The notes under the pieces: model-generated
The model's database searches: none
Told to the model about the DNA's origin: nothing
Seen by the model: the letters and a program-made list of their open reading frames with translations, nothing else
Source: a virus
Taxonomy: Duplodnaviria; Caudoviricetes
DNA length: 41,041 nucleotides
Virus record (IMG/VR): IMGVR_UViG_3300035562_000011
Coordinates: 1 to 41,041 of that record
Direction: 5' to 3' (one strand)
Shown here: positions 35,977-41,041 of the stretch, one piece after another
How positions within the stretch are numbered: the first letter of the stretch is position 1
Layout: every line of letters begins with the position of its first letter
Position numbers and translations under genes: made by a program

Positions 35977-36887
35977 TATCGGATTCCTTGTAATTGTTTC
36001 TTAATCTTGCGATAGGTCTCAACGTCACCCTTGCTCGATGCTTCATCCATCTTCTTCTTGAGAGCAGCCACGTTTGCAGCGACAACTTCACCAGTAATGG
36101 GCTCATCTACAGGGGGAGCGCTTGATACCTGTTTACCGCGAGGTTTGAGAGTTAAACGTTCAGAGAGTCGAGTTAGTTCAATCAGCGCTTGCTGCTGGTT
36201 CATCTGGAGGATTTGACGCGTTTTCTCTGGGTTAGAGCCCAGGTGATACATCAATGCGGCGGACTTATCCGGAAACAGCACCATCAGGTCAGAAACGATT
36301 TGTGGTGGAACTAACTGTGCAAATGCTTCCTCTTTGTCCTGATAATCTGGGATGTTGAGCTTCTCTGCTGCATCGTAGTGTTTACGAGCAGCCTCGACGT
36401 ATTGCGCTGACTGCTGGGTATACTCCTGAGTCTTGCGTCCCTGCTCTGCTACTGCATTACTGCGAGCATCGAGTGACTTCTGATTCCACTCTGCAAGGTC
36501 ACGGTTGAATGCAGCCGTTGCCAGGGCGCTGTCGTAGTTGTATTTACCGAGAGCGTCGTCTGACAGGTAATCAGTTGGATCTGGCTGCTTCGGTAACTCA
36601 GGATTGACCCGGATGTGCTCCGGCAATTCTCCGCGCTGGACAGCTTCTGCTTGTTGCTCAAGCTCACGCTGACGTTTGCGCTCAAGACGTTTAGCTGCGT
36701 AGTGCGCGTTTGTTGCCGGGTCTTGTTTTGGTTTTTCCTCATCGTCTTTCAGGACGATCTCAAAGCCCTCATCATGCCCTGCGTTGTCATTGGCATTATC
36801 GACAACTAAGCCATCAGCAGATGCCGCTGCCTGATTGCCGGACGTGTTTAAGCCTTCAGTTTCCTGAATTTCGGTGGTATCTGACAT
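35976..36887 (-). CDS. Scaffolding protein gp8
   Basis: 303 aa; C-terminal [14 protein letters not shown] coat-binding motif. Confidence 0.96.
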   Translation of the reverse strand: MSDTTEIQETEGLNTSGNQAAASADGLVVDNANDNAGHDEGFEIVLKDDEEKPKQDPATNAHYAAKRLERKRQRELEQQAEAVQRGELPEHIRVNPELPKQPDPTDYLSDDALGKYNYDSALATAAFNRDLAEWNQKSLDARSNAVAEQGRKTQEYTQQSAQYVEAARKHYDAAEKLNIPDYQDKEEAFAQLVPPQIVSDLMVLFPDKSAALMYHLGSNPEKTRQILQMNQQQALIELTRLSERLTLKPRGKQVSSAPPVDEPITGEVVAANVAALKKKMDEASSKGDVETYRKIKKQLQGIR

Positions 36888-36899
36888 AATTTAGCTCTC

Positions 36900-39071
36900 T
36901 TATTGAGGAATCTCGGCTGCTCCGCCGGAAGGTTGATTTTGTCTCTGCGATTGCAGGATGTTGGCAAAGTCCATGCGTTGTGAGTGCTGTTGGCTATCGC
37001 CTTTCAGAAGGAGTTCTGCGTTAGCTCTTGCATCGGCTGCTGATTCGTTCTGCGCTTTCTGCATGAGATTGAGGAAGTCCCGGAAAGCTGATTGCTTATC
37101 CAGGTCCATGTTGTTGAAGATTTCTGCAATCTTCGCCTGATTGAGCTGGTTGGCACTTTCAACTTTTGCAGCATCGACCTGAATCTGCATTTGTTGGTTC
37201 TGAGCCTTGAGAAGCTCCGCCTGACCCTGCAACAGAACACCTTGAGCCTGCGTTTGTTCTGGCGATGGCTGCTCTGGCTGCTGTTGCGCCTGCTGCACCA
37301 TCTGGATTTCTTCAGGTGTCTCAGGTTTCTTCAGGCCCATAGTGACCAGCTGCTTGTTTGCATATTCACGCATCAACTCGACGCCTTTTCCGTCAAGTAA
37401 TGTGAAGTATTGAAGCAATAGCATCTGCCATTCAGGCGTACCTGGTGGAACCTTAGCGAGCAGTTCCTGGATTTCGGCGCGGTTCTGCTCTTTCATGCTC
37501 TGGAATGACGGTCCGGTGTCCGTGTAACACTCATAGCGACCGCGAATATCATTCAGAGTTACAACGGTTCCTGTTTGATAATCGACAGCCTGGGTAAGCA
37601 ACTGAACCTCCTTCTCGCTGCCGTCCTCCAGTGTCATCATCACCTGCCGCGGCACATCGTAGATATCATTCACCATCGCCTGGTAAATTTCACCGTCGCG
37701 ACGCATTGCTGTAGCGAGGTTGTCCTGAAACACAAATGTCTCAAGGTCTGCTCGCATATTCAGCTGATTGACGGTGTCAAACGCTACCTGACCGTTTGCA
37801 GCCTCGGCATCAACACCCATCGTGGCAACCTGGCTAACTGAGTTGGTCGCCGCGTCAAGCATGTAAGCGTTAGCCTGAGGAACCTCAGGATTTTCCATGT
37901 ACGAAATAGGCTGCGCAGGGAGTTCTCCATTGTTCTCATCGGTGCGATTGAGCAGATAGTAGGGATAATCATCGTTACCGCCATACATGTACTCGTAGCC
38001 TTCGATTTGCTCAGGCCAGAAGATGGGTTTCTTCTTAGGAGTTCGAGCCACAATATCGGCGTTGAATGACATGATCATGTTACGCAGGCGCTGCCCGTCT
38101 TTTGTCAGGCGAACGACACCTTCGTAGACTTCTTTATCACCGGCAAATGACCATTCACCAAACACTGGAACAATCGGGATGTGCTCACCGGCGATAGGCT
38201 CACGGTTTTTCAGGATGGTTGTGCATGTGATGATTGATTTGTAGACGCGACGACGCTTAACCTTCTTCTCTGCTACCTTGACCATGCCTTTATCAGCAAG
38301 CTCATCGATAACGTCTTTAATGTCGCGCTGGAAGTAGCTTACCGGCTCACCTGTCAGCGGGTCCTGATAGATGAATACAGTCTCTTTCCTCTCTTCGACC
38401 TCGTAATACTCGCCGACATAAACAACGTCACTGGTCAGCCAAGGGAACAACCAGTTCATGTCCGGGTTCTGGAATGATGGGATTTCATCCTCATCGAACC
38501 CGTTCTTCTCAGCAAACGCTTTCCACCCGTCACGGCTCATAGCATTGATGACTGTGCAATGCATCGCATCGCTCTTGTCCATCTGCTTGCTGTTGCTGTC
38601 CCATACAACGTGGGTACATGCCTCATGAATCGGTACGCGGCGGATAACCTGATTATTGCTTGTTGGGTCCTGGTCTTCGTATTCGGTGATTAAGCGCCAT
38701 GCGCCAACCCCAGCTTCAATCTGCTCACGAACTGCGATGTTTACCGATATCTTTGCTGTATTGTGGCGCATGTCTGTGCGGTACATGCCCATGAGGACAT
38801 CGGCACTATTTGGATCTGCGCCATCCTTTGGCCTGAACAGTACATCAACAGGGTTACGGCGCATCTCAGCAACAAGCTTACGTACAACGGGGCGCACTAC
38901 ATCGAACTGACCACGGTATTGAAGCGTAGTGTAATCTGATAGCCAGTCATCCCATTGCGACACCCGGCTAAAGTACAGGTCGTTTGTCGCTTCGGTTCTG
39001 GCTTCATCGCTCGCCATCCAGTCTGCGTCGAACTTACACAGGATGGAATTGAGTCGTTCATTGTCGGCCAT
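36900..39071 (-). CDS. Portal protein gp1
   Basis: [32 protein letters not shown]; Gln-rich barrel. Confidence 0.97.
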   Translation of the reverse strand: MADNERLNSILCKFDADWMASDEARTEATNDLYFSRVSQWDDWLSDYTTLQYRGQFDVVRPVVRKLVAEMRRNPVDVLFRPKDGADPNSADVLMGMYRTDMRHNTAKISVNIAVREQIEAGVGAWRLITEYEDQDPTSNNQVIRRVPIHEACTHVVWDSNSKQMDKSDAMHCTVINAMSRDGWKAFAEKNGFDEDEIPSFQNPDMNWLFPWLTSDVVYVGEYYEVEERKETVFIYQDPLTGEPVSYFQRDIKDVIDELADKGMVKVAEKKVKRRRVYKSIITCTTILKNREPIAGEHIPIVPVFGEWSFAGDKEVYEGVVRLTKDGQRLRNMIMSFNADIVARTPKKKPIFWPEQIEGYEYMYGGNDDYPYYLLNRTDENNGELPAQPISYMENPEVPQANAYMLDAATNSVSQVATMGVDAEAANGQVAFDTVNQLNMRADLETFVFQDNLATAMRRDGEIYQAMVNDIYDVPRQVMMTLEDGSEKEVQLLTQAVDYQTGTVVTLNDIRGRYECYTDTGPSFQSMKEQNRAEIQELLAKVPPGTPEWQMLLLQYFTLLDGKGVELMREYANKQLVTMGLKKPETPEEIQMVQQAQQQPEQPSPEQTQAQGVLLQGQAELLKAQNQQMQIQVDAAKVESANQLNQAKIAEIFNNMDLDKQSAFRDFLNLMQKAQNESAADARANAELLLKGDSQQHSQRMDFANILQSQRQNQPSGGAAEIPQ

Positions 39072-40570
39072 TATCTTCTCCGTGCGACTGGTTTAATTGG
39101 GGCCGGTATTTTCTTTTCTCTTGGCGTTTTAATGTCACGCATCATCTTCGCGAATCGGCGCATCATGTAGCCATATCGAACAGCAGAAAGAACGTCGTCG
39201 TTCAATTTGACGATCTTGCCGTTTTCATCTCGGTGATAGAGACGGAATTCTTCAAAGAATGGCTCGCAGGTGTTGAAGACCTTGAATCGACCATCAAGCA
39301 TCAGGTCTCTAATCTCGTTAATTCCAGGCTCAACAGCATTTCCGCCATCAGGCCACGTTGCATGGTCAGATAGCATCATGAATCCAGCGTCTGCATATTG
39401 CTGCTTGAGTTGCTCTCCGCCACCTTTCTCATGTTGATGTCCATCATGCGGCCATGCTGTAGGGATTTTGCTTGCCCAGGGCTTTACCGCTCCCCATGCC
39501 TGAACCGCTGTTTGCTCTTTCTTTTTCCAGGTTCTGGTTAGATAGAATGTGTCTGCATCCTTATCCCACCACAGTTGTATCTGTGCTTGCGGGTGGTCCC
39601 AACCAAAGTCCATTGCATTGATAACGTAGAAGTGGTCAGGGCATTCGAACGGCTGGCACTTGATGGTTTCTTCCGGTATCTGGAAGATGCGTCCACTACC
39701 CATGGTTGGGATGCCGCGGGCGCGAGCCTCACGCTCATGCTCTGGATATGATGCGACGATTTGCTCTTTCTGCTCATCGCTATAGTGATCGGCGTCGTAG
39801 ATTGTCATTGTGACAACCTTCTGCGCCTTACTCGGGTTCTTGATGAATTTGGTAACGACGTCTGACATACCCATAAGAGGGGTAAACGTCAGCATTGAGA
39901 ACTGACCGTATTTGTTGGTCCGGGTTAGGCCTTCGCCGTAGATGCTGTATGGTGGCTCTTCGTCAAACCAGACGCCGTGAATTGTGTCGCCCTGCCAGCG
40001 GGCGCGTCCTTGTGAGTACGGCTTGAAATAGCAGATGGAAATGCCATCTTCTACTCCATTTGCGTTGTGGTGTTTTATCAGGAGGTGATCGACAAGGTTC
40101 GGGAAGAATGGTGACTTCTTCCAGCTGATGATGTCCTCTTTCGGTATTGAACCGTAGCCAGGCTCATCATTTTCCTCTATACGCCCACAGAGAATACGCT
40201 GCGTAGTCTTTGTGACTGTTTCGTTAGTCTCGCCACCAACCCAGAACACGACCGGCTCGAAAAACTTCTTCCCTTCCCACTGTCCGCCATACGCGCCATC
40301 ACTCGGATATCCTGCTGTGCCGGGGTAGCGACCGGTTAAATGGAATGCCACCTCAGCGCCACCAGTGTATGACTTACCTAGCTGGTTACCAGCCATGAAG
40401 CAGCGCTCTGGATATTCTCCGCCTGCGTCAATAAATTCGCGCTGCTTTCCATATGGCGTGAAGTCGTAAAGCTGATGGGTATTGCGGTAGTTGTTCTCTT
40501 CCTCCAGAAGCTCAAGCAGTTCTATCTGCTCGTCTTCTGTCAGCTCATCAAGAATCGCGTCCAGTTCCAC
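39071..40570 (-). CDS. terL: Terminase large subunit gp2
   Basis: MAGNQLGKS Walker A, VWFDEEPP Walker B, DFGWDHP nuclease motif; 499 aa. Confidence 0.97.
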   Translation of the reverse strand: MELDAILDELTEDEQIELLELLEEENNYRNTHQLYDFTPYGKQREFIDAGGEYPERCFMAGNQLGKSYTGGAEVAFHLTGRYPGTAGYPSDGAYGGQWEGKKFFEPVVFWVGGETNETVTKTTQRILCGRIEENDEPGYGSIPKEDIISWKKSPFFPNLVDHLLIKHHNANGVEDGISICYFKPYSQGRARWQGDTIHGVWFDEEPPYSIYGEGLTRTNKYGQFSMLTFTPLMGMSDVVTKFIKNPSKAQKVVTMTIYDADHYSDEQKEQIVASYPEHEREARARGIPTMGSGRIFQIPEETIKCQPFECPDHFYVINAMDFGWDHPQAQIQLWWDKDADTFYLTRTWKKKEQTAVQAWGAVKPWASKIPTAWPHDGHQHEKGGGEQLKQQYADAGFMMLSDHATWPDGGNAVEPGINEIRDLMLDGRFKVFNTCEPFFEEFRLYHRDENGKIVKLNDDVLSAVRYGYMMRRFAKMMRDIKTPREKKIPAPIKPVARRR

Positions 40571-41036
40571 GGCTGAATAACTCCTTAATCCGAGAGCGGC
40601 GCTTATCGCGATCTCCCTTATCAGGTGTCACGTCTTCAACTTGCGACTGCTCTTTGAGGCCCAGGTCACGGGCAATGATGTTTGCGTTCAGCAGATCGGC
40701 AGCTGCGCCAGAGAACTTCTGGTTGTAAATAACCTCTTCCGCTCGCGTCGTGATGTCGGAAAAGCCTTCTTTCGATTTAAGCGCGTACCACGTAGATCGG
40801 TCTATATCGAGGAACAGGCACAGGCCAATAATGGTCATTGCTCGCATCTTCGGAATAGCTTCTTGTGTCACCGCCCCCTGGAATGCAAAAGCCTTTGTCT
40901 CGTAAAGAGGGTTATCTTCTATCCAGTCAAAGTATTCTGCGCATGCTGACCACAGCTCATCAGGTGAACCAAATATTGGGTTTCGCCCATGACTACTGCG
41001 GGCCTCCCAGAATCGGTTACCCTTCGGTGCTGCCAT
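40548..41036 (-). CDS. terS: Terminase small subunit gp3
   Basis: [20 protein letters not shown]; [22 protein letters not shown]; 162 aa. Confidence 0.97.
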   Translation of the reverse strand: MAAPKGNRFWEARSSHGRNPIFGSPDELWSACAEYFDWIEDNPLYETKAFAFQGAVTQEAIPKMRAMTIIGLCLFLDIDRSTWYALKSKEGFSDITTRAEEVIYNQKFSGAAADLLNANIIARDLGLKEQSQVEDVTPDKGDRDKRRSRIKELFSRGTGRDS

Positions 41037-41041
41037 CTCTC
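40915..41041 (+). repeat. 127-bp terminal direct repeat (same as 1-127)
   Basis: Matches the window start. Confidence 0.93.

Larger units (their letters stand above)
1..41041. mobile_element. Complete temperate P22-like phage genome, circular form, about 40.9 kb
   Basis: Full P22 morphogenesis gene order, lambdoid immunity/replication/lysis modules, int-xis, no host genes, ends overlap. Confidence 0.96.

Overview
The window is an apparently complete, circularly assembled temperate P22-like podophage genome (Lederbergvirus-type gene order, Enterobacterales host). The unique length is 40,914 bp, because bases 1-127 repeat 40915-41041, most likely as an assembler overlap. Minus-strand late block: terS, terL, portal, scaffold, coat, gp4, gp10, gp26, gp14, gp7, gp20, gp16, tailspike; there is no immI region. 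Minus-strand early-right block: cro, cII, O-like initiator with iterons, DnaB helicase, nin genes with a Dam methylase, phage-21-type Q, holin, lysozyme, Rz/Rz1, Dec. Plus-strand early-left block: cI, N, cIII, kil, erf, ssb, ea genes, xis, int, then an apparently intact attP, a LexA-controlled UmuD'-like gene and gtrABC. The most notable accessory element is an anti-CRISPR operon inserted antisense between pR'/tR' and the holin. It encodes an AcrIF11-family ADP-ribosyltransferase and an Aca5-like HTH repressor, with a palindromic operator inside its promoter. Other oddities: a Dec protein with a head-fibre-like C-terminus, a degenerate tRNA nested in a kissing-loop RNA in the N leader, an ASCH plus PAPS-reductase-like gene pair, and a lipoprotein convergent with a small membrane protein downstream of cI. 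All family assignments come from motif recognition, recalled sequences and synteny; no database search was run.
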